NCBI GenBank assembly: GCA_039028615.1
Contig: JBCCHT010000044.1
Coordinates: forward strand, 1-64,000
DNA: 64,000 nt
Direction of reading: 5' to 3'
DNA from: Myxococcota bacterium
GTDB taxonomy: Bacteria > Myxococcota_A > Polyangia > Nannocystales > Nannocystaceae
The first letter of the stretch is position 1, and each line of letters opens with the position of its first letter. This document shows positions 40,996-51,887 of this stretch, piece by piece. The translations under genes and the position numbers were made by a program. The notes below the pieces were generated by a model. The model did no database searches, was not told the DNA's origin, and saw only the letters and a list, made by a program, of their open reading frames with translations.

Positions 40996-43176
40996 TCAGC
41001 GCATCGCCCGGACCCGCTGCGCCTCGGGCCCGATCGCCTTGCGGATGAGGTCGCGGCGCAGTCGCTCGTAGCTGTCGGGGTGGACGGGGTCGGGCGCCAG
41101 CATCCGGGCCAACCCCCGCGTGAGCCGGAGCCTCGCGTTGATCGCCCACCCGGAGGCCTCGAGGATGCTGCTGAGGTTCCGCGCGTGCAGCTTGAACATG
41201 GCCACGATGATGATGGGGACCAGGACCACGGCAAAGGCGATGGCGATGGCGGTCACCGTTCGCGTGAACTGCAGGTCGGCCAGGGTCCGAGCGATGAAGG
41301 CGAACGAAGAGCCCACGGCGGCCAGTGCCACGCCGCCGGTCACCACCATGTCGCGAGTTCGTCCCACCACGGTGGGAGAGGGGGGCGGCTCGGCCTCCGC
41401 CTCGGGTTCGGGCTCGGGTGTCGGCTCGGGCGCGGGCTCGGGGTCGAGATCCGGTTCCCGGTTCATGCCGTCGATGACCCCGCGCTCGACCGCCTTGGTG
41501 GTCTCGTTGAGCCGCGCCTCGAGCTGCTTTTCGCTGCTGGCCGAGATGCGATCCACGGCCGAGGTGATGAGGGCGCTCATGCGCTTGAAGGGGGCCGCCA
41601 CCGCCTCGGACAAGCTGATCGGGTTCTCGACCACGGCGACCACGCGCACGTCCCACTGGCGCCCGTCGAGATCGAGCAGGACCCCGCGCTTGTCGACGCC
41701 CAGGTTGCCGCGGTCGCGGGTGGTCACGGGCGTGACCATGTAGAAGCTCTCGTCGCTGCGGGCGGCCGAGACCTCGCTATAGAGCAGGAACATGCCCGAG
41801 CGCGCCGCCATCTCGCGGTGCTTCTTGATGTCGGTGACGCGCAGGTTGAAGTGGAAGACACGCCCGTCGATGACCAGGCGCCCGATCTCGAAGATGGCCC
41901 GGGTCGCGGGCTCGTACATGTTGCGGAAGCTGACGAAATTATTGCAGATCTCGAGCAGCCAGCGCTGCATGAGCACGAGGTGCTCGAGGTCGTCGATCGC
42001 GGCCAGCTCGCGCCCCACCGCCTGGTCCTTGACCATCAGTTCCCCCGCGCGCTCGATGAGGTCGCCGTCGAGGATTTGCTCGAGCCGACTCGTGCCCAGC
42101 GACTCGACCTGTGCCCCCTGCTTGGTGTCGAGCCACTGTTGGTAAGGGCGCAACGCGGCTTGGACCTTGCGCCACTCGGCCTGGGGCAGCACGCCCTTGG
42201 CCGCGACGCTGGGGCACAGCGGCTCGAGCACGCGCTCGCGCAACGCCTGCAGGTCTTCGGCGTAGTGCGGGTTGAGGGCCTCGGACAGCCGCAGCTCGAG
42301 GGCGGCGTTGGGCGGCGCGATGGGGGCTCGCTCGAGGTAGCGCTGCAGCGCGGCCTCGGAGGTATAGGCGACTTCGGGTGACGCGGGCTCGGTGGTCGTG
42401 CGGCCGAGCGACTCGTTCAGCCGCTGGAGCTCGCAGAGCTTGAAGTAGCGATGGACCGCGCTCTGCAGGCGAGCGAAGAGCCGATAGCCGACGGGAGTCT
42501 TGGGCCCCAGGGGCAGCAGCGTGGCGTGGTCCTTGCTCTTGGGGTCGCTCACCTTGCGCTGCCACGCGAGCAGGGCCTTGGCCTGCTTCACGAAGTCGTC
42601 GAGCAGCGCGCGATCGATGCCGCCCGTGCCGTCGATGCCCGGCCGCGTGCCCATGGTCGTGGCGACGTCGCGCAGCAGCTGCTGCAGGTCGGGATCGTCG
42701 ACACAGTGGGGCGGCACGATGCCATCACCGTTGACGGCTCCCTTGGCCAGGATGGCCCGGGTGTTGCGAATCTCCGCCAGCGAGATGGTGGGCGCGTGCC
42801 CGCGGTCGAGGTTCGCGAGGATGCGCCGCGCGGCGACGAGCAGCTGCGCGCCCTCGGGATCCGACTCGTCGACGTCTTCGAGGTGCAGGACCCCGCGGCC
42901 TTCGGACACGCCATCGAGGTTCTCGAGCACACGAAAGAGCCACTGTCGCGCGCGTCGAAGCTCGCCGCTGATGATGCGCCCATTGCCGCTACTGTCGAGA
43001 TACTCGAGCGCCACCGGGTCGCAGATCATCTGGTCGGTGGGGGCGCTGGTGGCCATCCAGAACGGATCGTCGAGGTTGTCGAGGTGCCGAAGGTCCTCGG
43101 CCCCATCGATGCGGAGCTGATACGAGCCCCCATAGTTGACGAAGGTGAACGTTCGCTTGCGCTCGGGCTGCTCCAT
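40996..43176 (-). CDS. Conserved hypothetical protein with EF-hand-like loop and two C-terminal TMs
   Basis: DSSGNGRIISGE, NGDGIV, NNFVSF, GRLVIDGR, VVENPISL and ILEASGWAINAR. AGGAG SD upstream. Confidence 0.8.
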   Translation of the reverse strand: MEQPERKRTFTFVNYGGSYQLRIDGAEDLRHLDNLDDPFWMATSAPTDQMICDPVALEYLDSSGNGRIISGELRRARQWLFRVLENLDGVSEGRGVLHLEDVDESDPEGAQLLVAARRILANLDRGHAPTISLAEIRNTRAILAKGAVNGDGIVPPHCVDDPDLQQLLRDVATTMGTRPGIDGTGGIDRALLDDFVKQAKALLAWQRKVSDPKSKDHATLLPLGPKTPVGYRLFARLQSAVHRYFKLCELQRLNESLGRTTTEPASPEVAYTSEAALQRYLERAPIAPPNAALELRLSEALNPHYAEDLQALRERVLEPLCPSVAAKGVLPQAEWRKVQAALRPYQQWLDTKQGAQVESLGTSRLEQILDGDLIERAGELMVKDQAVGRELAAIDDLEHLVLMQRWLLEICNNFVSFRNMYEPATRAIFEIGRLVIDGRVFHFNLRVTDIKKHREMAARSGMFLLYSEVSAARSDESFYMVTPVTTRDRGNLGVDKRGVLLDLDGRQWDVRVVAVVENPISLSEAVAAPFKRMSALITSAVDRISASSEKQLEARLNETTKAVERGVIDGMNREPDLDPEPAPEPTPEPEPEAEAEPPPSPTVVGRTRDMVVTGGVALAAVGSSFAFIARTLADLQFTRTVTAIAIAFAVVLVPIIIVAMFKLHARNLSSILEASGWAINARLRLTRGLARMLAPDPVHPDSYERLRRDLIRKAIGPEAQRVRAMR

Positions 43177-43308
43177 CCAAATCTGCTCCTACCTGGGCTA
43201 CACGGCATCGTAGGGGCCGCGATCCAAGGGGCGCAAGACGGGGGCACGGGCCCGAGGTGGGCCTCGTCGCGCTTTTGATGCACCGGCTCGGCGGGTCAGC
43301 GCCGTCGG

Positions 43309-45783
43309 CTACGGGACGACGGTCGGGCTGAACACGGTCCAGCGCGGCAGGGCGACACCATCGACGTCACGCCCACCGACGATGAGCGTGGCTCCGCTGG
43401 GCAGGGGCGCCGTGCTTCCCCCGTCGGCGCGTAGCGTGATCCCGGCCGGTTCGGTGACCGCCAAGTCGCCACGCGCGATGTGGAACAGTCGCCCCGCACC
43501 TTGGGCCACCAGCGCATCGGTATCCGGCAGCAGCAGCGGCGCGGCCATGGCCTGAGGCAGCAGGTCGGTGAGTTCTTCGACCTCGAGCGTGCCGTCGCGA
43601 AGGTCGATTTGGAGCCCGTCGGCGCTCTCGGTGCCCTCCCGCAGGCCGCCCACGCAGAGCATCTGCAGCGGGCTCTCGCTGCGGGTGGCGCAGGCGAGGC
43701 CGGTCCACGCGAGCATGGGACCGGCACCCGTGCCCGCGGCGGGATTCCAGACCAGGGGCAGGGCCGGGTCGTCACCGCCGATCACCAGCGGAGTACTGCC
43801 GAGCACAGCCGCGGTGGCTCCTGCCCGCGGTCCGTCGAGCACCAGGTTCTCCGCGGGGCTCAGCTCGCGCGGGTCATCGCCCACGGCGGGCAGCTCGAGC
43901 ACCGTGGTCTGCTCGCCGCCGCCGAAGATGCGCAGAGTCTGGTCTTCCTCGGACCACCACGACGCGGCACCGGGCCGCGCATCGAGGGCCCCGGACAGCT
44001 CCAGCGCCTGCCAGGTGTCGGTGTTGGGATCGAAGCGAAAGGCCGAGACGCCGTCGTTCCACGCGACCCGCAGCACTCGGCCATCGGCCGCGCCCACGAG
44101 CCGACCGTCGGTGGCACCGGGCGGCTCTTCGAGTGTGCTCGCGGCCTGCAGGGTGTACTGGTACAGGTCGAGGAAGACGGTGGCGCCGTCGCTCGATTGC
44201 ACGAGCATGCCGCGGTTCGAGATGGGGGCCACCAAAGCGTCGGCATCGGGCGTGGCGAAGTCGAGGTCGAGCGCGGTGAGCCGCCCCGGCTGACCCAGCA
44301 ACAGCGACAGGCCATTGGTGGCGCCGCCGTAGGTAAAGGGCGGGGTCTGACCCCACGCGAGCAAGGTGTCGTTCTCGGCCAGGAACACCGACATCGTGCG
44401 CGAGGTGGCGTCGGGCGGGACCTCGAACGAGAGCACGAAGTCGAGGCCGTTGGCGGAGACCGAGTCGGTGAAACCATCGGGCTCCAGCACCAGCGACACG
44501 TTGTTGGTGCGCTGCAGATCGGCGTCGTCGGGGGCGGGGGGCAGCAGCAGCTGCACGTCCACCCCCGTGGTGATCGGCTGGCACGCGGCGTTGGGCATCA
44601 CGGCGAGCAGCAGGCCGGCCAGGGCGATCCACGGCCGATGCCCGCGGGCGCGCACGGGGGCGCTGCCCACCACGGTGTCGGTGCGGACGTACAGCGCCTC
44701 CGCGTGCATGTTGACGGTCGTGCAGACGTGATCGGGCACCAGCCACACCAGGCTGCCACGGGGCGGCCTTTGTCCGCTGTCGACCCGCACGGGGCGATGC
44801 TCTTCGCTGGCCTTGAGCGGTACGAAGCGGGGCTCGCCCAGGATGCCGCCGCTGGGGGCGGGGCAGTCGGGGGCCATGGCCTTGCTGCCGGCATCGAGCG
44901 TGATGCGGTCGTCCCCGGGGTGCGCGATGACCCGGCTGAGCACGAACGCGGCCTGTCGCAGCCCGAGGTCGGCCGCAGCCTCGGCCGAGAACCGATCGGA
45001 GAGCACGATGGTCCCCGGGCTCACCTGATGGGTCCACGACCCAGCGCGCAGCGGGGCATGGTCGAGCGCATGGGCGTAGCTGTGCGTCCCCGAGGTCACC
45101 ACTTGCTCGACCTCGAAGGGCAGGGCGGCCACCAGCTCGACGAGCTGGTCGTACCCGGCGTGGGCCTGCTCGCGCTCGGACCAGCGAATGTGCCCGTCGT
45201 ACCCGTGCACGCCCGTCGGGTGCAGCCACTGACACTTCGGCCACGTCGCCTCGCGCCAGCGCTCGGGGGACGTGCCCGTGCGGTGCATGCCGATGTCGAC
45301 GTCGAGCCACAGGTCGAAGGCCGGCGTGTCCAGGGGGGAGCCGATGCCCCGGATGAGGTCCTCGATGTGCTCGGGGGCATCGGCCAGGAGCCCGATGCGC
45401 GCCTCGTGGTACTGCTGCCGCAGATCGAGCATGACGGCGAGCTGCGGCGGCGCGGCGGGGTAGGCCAGCAGGACTTCGACCGGCTGCGGCAGGGCGCGCT
45501 CATCGGCCGCCTCGAGCACCAGCGCGACCTCGGCCGGGGTCGCCGCCTTGAAGCGGAATACCCCGGCGTCGAGCAGGGCCCCGACGATGGTCGATTGCTT
45601 GACCGTCTTGACGTGCGGTCGCCAGCGCTGCGGCGAGCCCGTGCGCGCGAGCATGGCGGCCACGTTGTGCTCGACCGCGTCGAGGTCGATGACCAGCGTG
45701 GGCGTGGCCAGGGAATCGACGTGCTCGGCGATCGCCCGGTTCAGCTGCTGTACGCGCTCGCGGGGCTCGGTCGCGCCCTTCAT
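43309..45783 (-). CDS. D-threonine-aldolase/D-serine-dehydratase-like fold-III PLP enzyme fused to TM/lipobox and a kelch-like propeller
   Basis: [37 protein letters not shown] and PDHVCTTVN. These are followed by [17 protein letters not shown] and GG-doublet kelch repeats. Confidence 0.8.
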   Translation of the reverse strand: MKGATEPRERVQQLNRAIAEHVDSLATPTLVIDLDAVEHNVAAMLARTGSPQRWRPHVKTVKQSTIVGALLDAGVFRFKAATPAEVALVLEAADERALPQPVEVLLAYPAAPPQLAVMLDLRQQYHEARIGLLADAPEHIEDLIRGIGSPLDTPAFDLWLDVDIGMHRTGTSPERWREATWPKCQWLHPTGVHGYDGHIRWSEREQAHAGYDQLVELVAALPFEVEQVVTSGTHSYAHALDHAPLRAGSWTHQVSPGTIVLSDRFSAEAAADLGLRQAAFVLSRVIAHPGDDRITLDAGSKAMAPDCPAPSGGILGEPRFVPLKASEEHRPVRVDSGQRPPRGSLVWLVPDHVCTTVNMHAEALYVRTDTVVGSAPVRARGHRPWIALAGLLLAVMPNAACQPITTGVDVQLLLPPAPDDADLQRTNNVSLVLEPDGFTDSVSANGLDFVLSFEVPPDATSRTMSVFLAENDTLLAWGQTPPFTYGGATNGLSLLLGQPGRLTALDLDFATPDADALVAPISNRGMLVQSSDGATVFLDLYQYTLQAASTLEEPPGATDGRLVGAADGRVLRVAWNDGVSAFRFDPNTDTWQALELSGALDARPGAASWWSEEDQTLRIFGGGEQTTVLELPAVGDDPRELSPAENLVLDGPRAGATAAVLGSTPLVIGGDDPALPLVWNPAAGTGAGPMLAWTGLACATRSESPLQMLCVGGLREGTESADGLQIDLRDGTLEVEELTDLLPQAMAAPLLLPDTDALVAQGAGRLFHIARGDLAVTEPAGITLRADGGSTAPLPSGATLIVGGRDVDGVALPRWTVFSPTVVP

Positions 45784-46985
45784 CCGATGATCATGTCCTC
45801 TCGGCGGGTGGCTTCACCGCGAGAGAACCGAGAGGGATCCCAGCGCTCGAGCATGGGGTGAGACTCGCCCGTCGCGAGGTATCGCGCCAGCAGTTTGCCC
45901 ACGGCGGGCGCCATCATGAATCCATGGCCGGTAAAGCCGCAGACCTGATAGAGGCGCGGAATTCCCGGGCTGGGGCCCACGATCGCGTCGCCATCGGGGG
46001 ACAGATCGTAGGGACCGGCCCACTGCCGCAGCACGCGGAGCTGGCTGGTGATGGGCATGACGCGGGTGAGCGCGGCGCCCAAGCTGGCCAGGAAACGGCG
46101 CGAAGAGGCGAGATCGACCTCGGTGTCGGGCGGCCCCTCGTCGGGCATGGTGATGCCGGCCACGATCTCACCGCGGGTGGACTGCGAGAAGTACAGGCCC
46201 GTCACGAGGTCGACCACGAGGGGATCGAGGAAGGGCTTGAGCGGCTCGGTGGAGATGATCTCGTGGCGGTGCGGATGGTTGGGCAGGTCGAGGCCGAGGC
46301 TGCGATTGAGCTCGATGCTCCACGCGCCGGTCGCGTTGACCACCCGATCCGCGTCGAGCTGCTCGCCCGTCGACAGGTGCAGGCGCAGCCCGTCCGCGAG
46401 CACCTCGATGCGATCGACCCCGGTATGGGTGCGGACCGCGACGCCACGCGACACCGCTTGCCCCGCGTAACCCCACACGAAGGGCCAGGGGAACACCACG
46501 CCGTCGTCGGGATTGAAGGCGGCGAGGCGCACCTCGGAGACGTCGAGCTGGGGCACGATTTCGCGGGCCTCGGCCCCCGACAGCAGCCGGGTGGGGGCAC
46601 CGACTTCACGGTGCAGCTCGGCGTTGCGCATCAGCCGGCCCTCGCCGGCCTCCGAGCGCGCGAGAAAGAGGTAGCCGCCCTGTCGAAACCACAGGTTGAT
46701 GCCGAGCTCCTGGGCCAGGCCGCGGCACATCTCGATGCTCTCCATCATGAGCGCGACGTTGCCGGGGTCGCCCCACTGCATGCGGAGGCCGCCGCCGTTG
46801 CGCCCCGACGCGCCGCTCACCAGGTAGCCGCGCTCGAGCACCGCGATCTTGTGCTTGGTGGTCTTGGCCAGGTGGTACGCGGTCGAAAGCCCCATGATCC
46901 CGCCGCCGATGATCGCGATGTCGACCCGCGTGGGTAGGGGCGTATCGCGACGGCCCATCGCCTGGGCCTTGGCCTGGCCGATCAT
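45780..46985 (-). CDS. FAD-dependent amino-acid oxidoreductase beta subunit (SoxB/PdhB/HcnC-like)
   Basis: [29 protein letters not shown] and [15 protein letters not shown] overlaps on both sides. Confidence 0.9.
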   Translation of the reverse strand: MIGQAKAQAMGRRDTPLPTRVDIAIIGGGIMGLSTAYHLAKTTKHKIAVLERGYLVSGASGRNGGGLRMQWGDPGNVALMMESIEMCRGLAQELGINLWFRQGGYLFLARSEAGEGRLMRNAELHREVGAPTRLLSGAEAREIVPQLDVSEVRLAAFNPDDGVVFPWPFVWGYAGQAVSRGVAVRTHTGVDRIEVLADGLRLHLSTGEQLDADRVVNATGAWSIELNRSLGLDLPNHPHRHEIISTEPLKPFLDPLVVDLVTGLYFSQSTRGEIVAGITMPDEGPPDTEVDLASSRRFLASLGAALTRVMPITSQLRVLRQWAGPYDLSPDGDAIVGPSPGIPRLYQVCGFTGHGFMMAPAVGKLLARYLATGESHPMLERWDPSRFSRGEATRREDMIIG

Positions 46986-47266
46986 TTGCGGGCCTCTTCG
47001 TCGGCCGCGGCAGCGAGCGCGCCGAGGGTGACGGGCTCGGTGGGAGGGCGAGCGGTGAAGGGCTGCACGGTGGCGGGGTCGGCCAGGCCGCGCTCGATGA
47101 GCACGGACACGAGCACGCTCATGCACTCCTTGCCCTGGCACGGCCCGGTCCCCAGACCGGTGTAGCGCTTGAGCTCCTCGACTTCGTGCAGTCCGAGCTC
47201 GATCGCGTGTTCGAGCTCGGAGCGGGTCACGTCCTCACAACGGCACAAAAAGCTTCGGCGGGGCAT
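46982..47266 (-). CDS. BFD-like [2Fe-2S] subunit
   Basis: CRCEDVT...[17 protein letters not shown]...TARPP. Confidence 0.9.
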   Translation of the reverse strand: MPRRSFLCRCEDVTRSELEHAIELGLHEVEELKRYTGLGTGPCQGKECMSVLVSVLIERGLADPATVQPFTARPPTEPVTLGALAAAADEEARK

Positions 47267-47273
47267 GGTCGAT

Positions 47274-48539
47274 TTACCTGTCGTGCTGGAGCAGGGATCG
47301 GGCAATGCGCTCGCCATCGTCGGCGGCGGCGGTGTTGCCCTTGTATCCGGTGACGTCGCCCGCCGCCCACACGAGCCAGGGCTCGGTGAGGCAGCGGCCG
47401 AGGTCGTCGATCTCGACCGCGAAGCCGCCTCCGTCCCAGCGCACGCGGGCGCCGGCTTGACGGGCGAGTTCGAAGGCGGGGGCCGGAGGCGCCGCGAGGG
47501 CGACGAGCCGAGCGCTGCGCTTGCCGTCGGACAGGCGCACGCTGTCGACCGGGTTGCCCTCGATGCTCTCGACGTCCTCGGGGGCGACGAGCTGGGCGGC
47601 CAGGGCATCGGCGAGCCCTTGCGCGTAGGTGCCCTTGCCGATGACCACCGCCTCGACCTTCAGCTGTGCTTTGCCGCGCGCCAGCTGCTGCACCAGGCCG
47701 CGCGCCGCGACCACGCCGGGTCGGTCGTTGTTGGCCACGGGAATGGTGGGGTCGCGGGCGCCCGTGGCCACCACCACGTGCCGCGGGTAGATGGAGCGCA
47801 GCACCATGGGCTCACCCGGCACGTTGCTCATCGCGGACCACAGTCGCTCTTGCGGGTAGACCCCGAAGATCCCCGTCTCGTCGAGCAGCGCGTCGGGCAG
47901 CGCGTGGCCGGTTTGTCCCTCGAGGCCGATGCGGTCGAGCCGGTCGACCCACAGCACTTCGCGCCCGGACTCTTCGAGCACCTCGAACGCACGGCGTCCG
48001 GCCGGGCCTGCGCCCACCACCAGCACGTCGGGACGGTGCTCTTCGTGGCGAGCGGGATGATCGGGCTCCGCGTCGGGCAGCGTGCCCAGACCGGTGAGCC
48101 CTCGGGCCACGCCCTGCATGATTTGGTTGACCACCCGCGGTCGCACCATCAGGTGATGGTGGTCGATACCGCTGCGCATCATGGTGTCGATGAGCGTGGT
48201 GGGGTCGGGCCCGGCCACCAATCGGTTCTGCGGCTGCACACGCATGCCTTCGGCCACCCGCGTCATGCAGGCGCGGCGATTGGGCAGGCCGTTGATGCGC
48301 ACCAGGCAGGTTCCGCAGTCGCCTCGCAGGCAATAGGCCCCGCGAGAGCGGCGGTATTTTACGCTGAGGCTGGTCTCGAGGATGCCCTCGTCCAGCAGCG
48401 CGAGGCTGACGGTGTCCCCCCGACGAGCGGAGACGACTCGGTCTCGATCCCAGCGCAACGACACCGTAGGGTGGTCCTCGGGCCGAGTCTGAGAATCGCA
48501 CGCGCCGTGGCGCTGAAGCACGCGATCGGTGGCACCCAT
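47274..48539 (-). CDS. [2Fe-2S] + FAD/NAD-binding alpha subunit (SoxA/PdhA/HcnAB-like)
   Basis: RGAYCLRGDCGTCLVRING.PN.RAC, VGAGPAG, VATGA, NNDRPGV and AAGDVTG. Confidence 0.88.
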   Translation of the reverse strand: MGATDRVLQRHGACDSQTRPEDHPTVSLRWDRDRVVSARRGDTVSLALLDEGILETSLSVKYRRSRGAYCLRGDCGTCLVRINGLPNRRACMTRVAEGMRVQPQNRLVAGPDPTTLIDTMMRSGIDHHHLMVRPRVVNQIMQGVARGLTGLGTLPDAEPDHPARHEEHRPDVLVVGAGPAGRRAFEVLEESGREVLWVDRLDRIGLEGQTGHALPDALLDETGIFGVYPQERLWSAMSNVPGEPMVLRSIYPRHVVVATGARDPTIPVANNDRPGVVAARGLVQQLARGKAQLKVEAVVIGKGTYAQGLADALAAQLVAPEDVESIEGNPVDSVRLSDGKRSARLVALAAPPAPAFELARQAGARVRWDGGGFAVEIDDLGRCLTEPWLVWAAGDVTGYKGNTAAADDGERIARSLLQHDR

Positions 48540-48575
48540 CCTGGTTCTGGTCCTACCATCGCTATGGCGTAATTC

Positions 48576-49280
48576 TCAAGCGGCGGGGGCCGGACGGGGG
48601 CCGAATAGTGCAGTGCCGACCCGCACGATGGTGGCGCCCTCCTCGATGGCCACCTCGAAGTCCGCGCTCATGCCCATCGACAGCTCGTGCAGCTCGACGC
48701 CGGGCCGCGTGTGGGCGGCGTGCTGGTCGCGAAGCTGCCGCAGATCGCGGAAGTGAGGCCGCGTCTGTTCGGGTGTGCCCTGAGGCGGGATCGACATCAG
48801 GCCCCGGCAGTGCACGTGATCCAGGTCGGCGAAGCGATCGAGCAGCGCACCGAGCTGCGCGGGTGCAGTTCCGGCCTTGCCCGCCTCGTCGGCGGTGTTC
48901 ACCTGAACGAGCACCGCCTGGCGAATCCCCGCCGCGGCGGCGCGCTGCTCGAAGACCGGCAGCAGCTCGGGTCGGTCGATGGTGTGCACCAGAGCACAGC
49001 CGACCACCTGTTTGACCTTGTTGCGCTGCAGCGCGCCGATGAAGTGCCAACGCCACTGCGCATCGGGGGTCGCGCTACGTTTGTCCCGCAGCTCCTGGGC
49101 ATAATTCTCGCCGAAGTCCAGCTGCCCCGCGGCGGCCGCTTCCTCGATGAGCTCCAGGGGTTGCCGCTTGCTCACCCCCAGCAGGGCCACGGCGGGCCCG
49201 TCCCCCCGGCGAGCGACGGCGGTGGCGATGCGCTCCTGGATGGCGGCCAGGCGCGTGGCGATGGAGGCGGAGTCGTTCAT
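48576..49280 (-). CDS. yggS: PLP homeostasis protein YggS/PROSC
   Basis: [31 protein letters not shown] and [28 protein letters not shown]. Confidence 0.96.
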   Translation of the reverse strand: MNDSASIATRLAAIQERIATAVARRGDGPAVALLGVSKRQPLELIEEAAAAGQLDFGENYAQELRDKRSATPDAQWRWHFIGALQRNKVKQVVGCALVHTIDRPELLPVFEQRAAAAGIRQAVLVQVNTADEAGKAGTAPAQLGALLDRFADLDHVHCRGLMSIPPQGTPEQTRPHFRDLRQLRDQHAAHTRPGVELHELSMGMSADFEVAIEEGATIVRVGTALFGPRPAPAA

Positions 49281-49846
49281 AGAGCGTCGAGTACTTGGGC
49301 GAGGGGGAGGCCGACGACGTTGGTGTACGAGCCCTCGATCCGGCGCACGAAGCCCGCCGCGTGGCCCTGGATGCCGTAGCCGCCCGCTTTGTCGCGCCAC
49401 TCGTCGGTGTCGAGGTAGGCCTCGAGGGTGGCGTCGTCGACCGGCCGCATCCACACCCGGGTCGTCTCGTGGGCCACGGTGGGCGGGTCGTCGCCGCGGG
49501 CCAGCGCCCAGGCGGTGGTGACGAAGTGCGCATGTCCGACCAGTGTGCGCAGCACGGTGCGCGCATGGTCCCGATCGCGCGGTTTACCCAGGGGCTGCGC
49601 GGTGGCTTCGGCCCACACCACCGTGTCCGCGGTGAGCAGCGGGCAGGGCGGTCGCGGCGAGGGCAGGGCGGCATCGAGCTTGGCCCGGGCGATGCGACGC
49701 GCGTAGCTCACCGCGGGCTCGTTGTGCCGGGGCGTCTCGTCGCAGGGCACGGGGCGGACTTCGATCGTCAGGCCCGCCGAGCGCAGCAGGTCGGCGCGGC
49801 GCGGCGAGGCCGAGGCGAGCACGAGGTCGAAAACCGCGTCGGGCAT
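49277..49846 (-). CDS. maf: Maf family nucleoside triphosphate pyrophosphatase (YhdE type)
   Basis: [26 protein letters not shown] and [10 protein letters not shown]. Confidence 0.95.
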   Translation of the reverse strand: MPDAVFDLVLASASPRRADLLRSAGLTIEVRPVPCDETPRHNEPAVSYARRIARAKLDAALPSPRPPCPLLTADTVVWAEATAQPLGKPRDRDHARTVLRTLVGHAHFVTTAWALARGDDPPTVAHETTRVWMRPVDDATLEAYLDTDEWRDKAGGYGIQGHAAGFVRRIEGSYTNVVGLPLAQVLDAL

Positions 49847-49943
49847 CGGTTCGGTTGTGCCGCGTTCTCGGCCTGCGCCGCAAGTCCCCGGGGCGCGGCC
49901 GCCGAGGTTTCGGGCGCCGCTCGCCCGGCGTACGATGGAGTCC

Positions 49944-50861
49944 ATGCGCCGCTCCCTTCGATCCGTGGCCCGCGTCCTGCGTCAGCGAGGGTGTGTCCTG
50001 GCTCCCTATGCGGTGGCGGTGGTGCTCGTGCCGCAGGTGATCTCCGGGTCCCGTAGCGAGCCGAGCCCCATCGCCCAGCGCGTGGTCACGCCCGCCGTGG
50101 TGTCGGCCCCGGCCGGAGTGAGCGACGAGGTGCGAGCGCTCAGCGGGATCTGGTGGCGCTACGAGGCGGGGGCGGAGGGCGAGCGCGTGCGCTTCTACTA
50201 CTTCCACGGCGACGGCACGGGCCTGTATCGCTACGGCCGGGTGGGGCTCAACAACACGCACAGCTTCGACTACGACGTGCGCGGGTCCACGCTGGTCATC
50301 GACTTTCGCAAGACGGGCGAGCACCACGAGGTGCCGTTTTCCGTCGAGCTCGGGGGCACCGACGACGAGGCGCGAGACTGGCTCGAGCTGTCCGACGACC
50401 CGCGGGAGTCCGGGGCGACCCGATACTTCCGTGAGTCGGACGAAATGGTGCGCAGCGCCAGCGGATCCGCCGACCTCGGTCCCGCCCCGGCCGGCCACAT
50501 GTGGATCGACCTGCAGCACTTCGCCACGGGAGGGCAGGGCTTCGCCTTCTACCAGTTCCGTCCCGCGGGGATCGACGGTCGGGGCGTGGGTTGGTTCCAT
50601 CGCGGGGACTTCAACGACTGGAGCACCGAGGCGCTGACCTACCGGATCGTGGGGCAGCGCATGGAGCTGCACTTCACCCTCGCCGATCGCCACGAGCAGA
50701 CCGCGTTCTCGCTCGCGACCGACGACGACGGTGCGCGTTGGCTCGAGCTGACCGACGACCCCCGCGACTACTGGCACCCGCATCGCTATCTCGACATCGG
50801 GCCGTCGTTCGGGATGGTGGGATCCCTCGGTCCGGTCGGTGCCGCGCCGGCTCGGCCGTAG
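49944..50861 (+). CDS. Exported protein with two tandem ~120-aa beta-rich domains
   Basis: TM/signal, then two copies of FYxF..G.G...WLEL(S/T)DDPR...RY. Confidence 0.78.
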   Translation: MRRSLRSVARVLRQRGCVLAPYAVAVVLVPQVISGSRSEPSPIAQRVVTPAVVSAPAGVSDEVRALSGIWWRYEAGAEGERVRFYYFHGDGTGLYRYGRVGLNNTHSFDYDVRGSTLVIDFRKTGEHHEVPFSVELGGTDDEARDWLELSDDPRESGATRYFRESDEMVRSASGSADLGPAPAGHMWIDLQHFATGGQGFAFYQFRPAGIDGRGVGWFHRGDFNDWSTEALTYRIVGQRMELHFTLADRHEQTAFSLATDDDGARWLELTDDPRDYWHPHRYLDIGPSFGMVGSLGPVGAAPARP

Positions 50862-50885
50862 CGGGGGCCTGCTACCATCGCGGCA

Positions 50886-51872
50886 ATGCCTGCCGCGCCA
50901 CGGACTACGGGACTCTGCCTGCTCACCGTCGTACTCGGCGGCTGTGCGGGCGGCAGCGGGCCGTCCACGACGGTGCTCGCGACGCTCGGAGACGGAGACG
51001 GCACGGGGACGACCGGGGCGGAGGACGACTCGACCTCCAACGGGACCTCGGGGCAGACCTCGAGCGTCGATCCGAGCGCCGACACCACCGCAGGCGAGGT
51101 GGACGACGACGGCACAGACAGCTCGGGCGGGGACACCGATCCACCGCCCGCCAGCTGCGACGACGACCCCGCGGCGTGCAGCGTGTGGATCTTGCCCTCG
51201 GGGGCGGGAGGATGGATGCCGCTGGCCCTCGATGGAGCGTTGGCGCCCACCGAGACCGTGCGTGCCGCCTTCGACGTCGAGAGCGAGCTCGAGGGCTTCG
51301 TAGTCACCGACACGCGGGTGCACGTGGTCGACCTCGCCGCCCGAGCCTGGGTTCGCCAGGACAATCGGGCCGACGTGCTCCCCGAGCTCGGCGAGGAAGA
51401 GGTCCTCGTCGCTTATTCCATACCGTCCACGTGGGGCTCGGGCGACGGCACGGCGGAAGGCGTCACTTTCCTCACCGCGGACACCATCTATCTGTACAAC
51501 TACCAGATCGCGACGCAGACCTTCGTGTTCGAGTCGGCGCTGACCGACTTCAGTGACCCGTGGGATGCTCCCGCCGCGCCGATGCCCGCGCAGATGCGTG
51601 CGTCGTGGCTCGACGTCACCAACGCCGATGGTTGGTACGACGCCGACATCATGCGGCTGTGCGGGACGGCGGGGAATCCGGGGCCCTACGTCGCGGTCGT
51701 GGCGACCGATCAGGTCCACGTCAACGATGCCGGCTATTGCTTCGAGTTCGACGAGCCGGTCTCGCTGGGCGCCTTCCCGCCGTTTTCGCTCGCCGAGGCG
51801 CCTGGCCCCGAGGACGTCGGTGCGTTGCTCTACAACGAGACGCTCGGGCTGTGGGCCTTTCGCGGGCAGTAG
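50886..51872 (+). CDS. Lipoprotein with Ser/Thr/Gly/Asp-rich linker
   Basis: Lipobox LGGC, low-complexity linker and a globular C-domain. Confidence 0.8.
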   Translation: MPAAPRTTGLCLLTVVLGGCAGGSGPSTTVLATLGDGDGTGTTGAEDDSTSNGTSGQTSSVDPSADTTAGEVDDDGTDSSGGDTDPPPASCDDDPAACSVWILPSGAGGWMPLALDGALAPTETVRAAFDVESELEGFVVTDTRVHVVDLAARAWVRQDNRADVLPELGEEEVLVAYSIPSTWGSGDGTAEGVTFLTADTIYLYNYQIATQTFVFESALTDFSDPWDAPAAPMPAQMRASWLDVTNADGWYDADIMRLCGTAGNPGPYVAVVATDQVHVNDAGYCFEFDEPVSLGAFPPFSLAEAPGPEDVGALLYNETLGLWAFRGQ

Positions 51873-51887
51873 CTCGGTAGGCGAGCG

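Noticed and set aside
45780..48539. Naming the dehydrogenase genes hcnABC or soxBDAG
   Set aside because: The domain split differs from both, no gamma/delta subunits are present, and the substrate cannot be read from the motifs.
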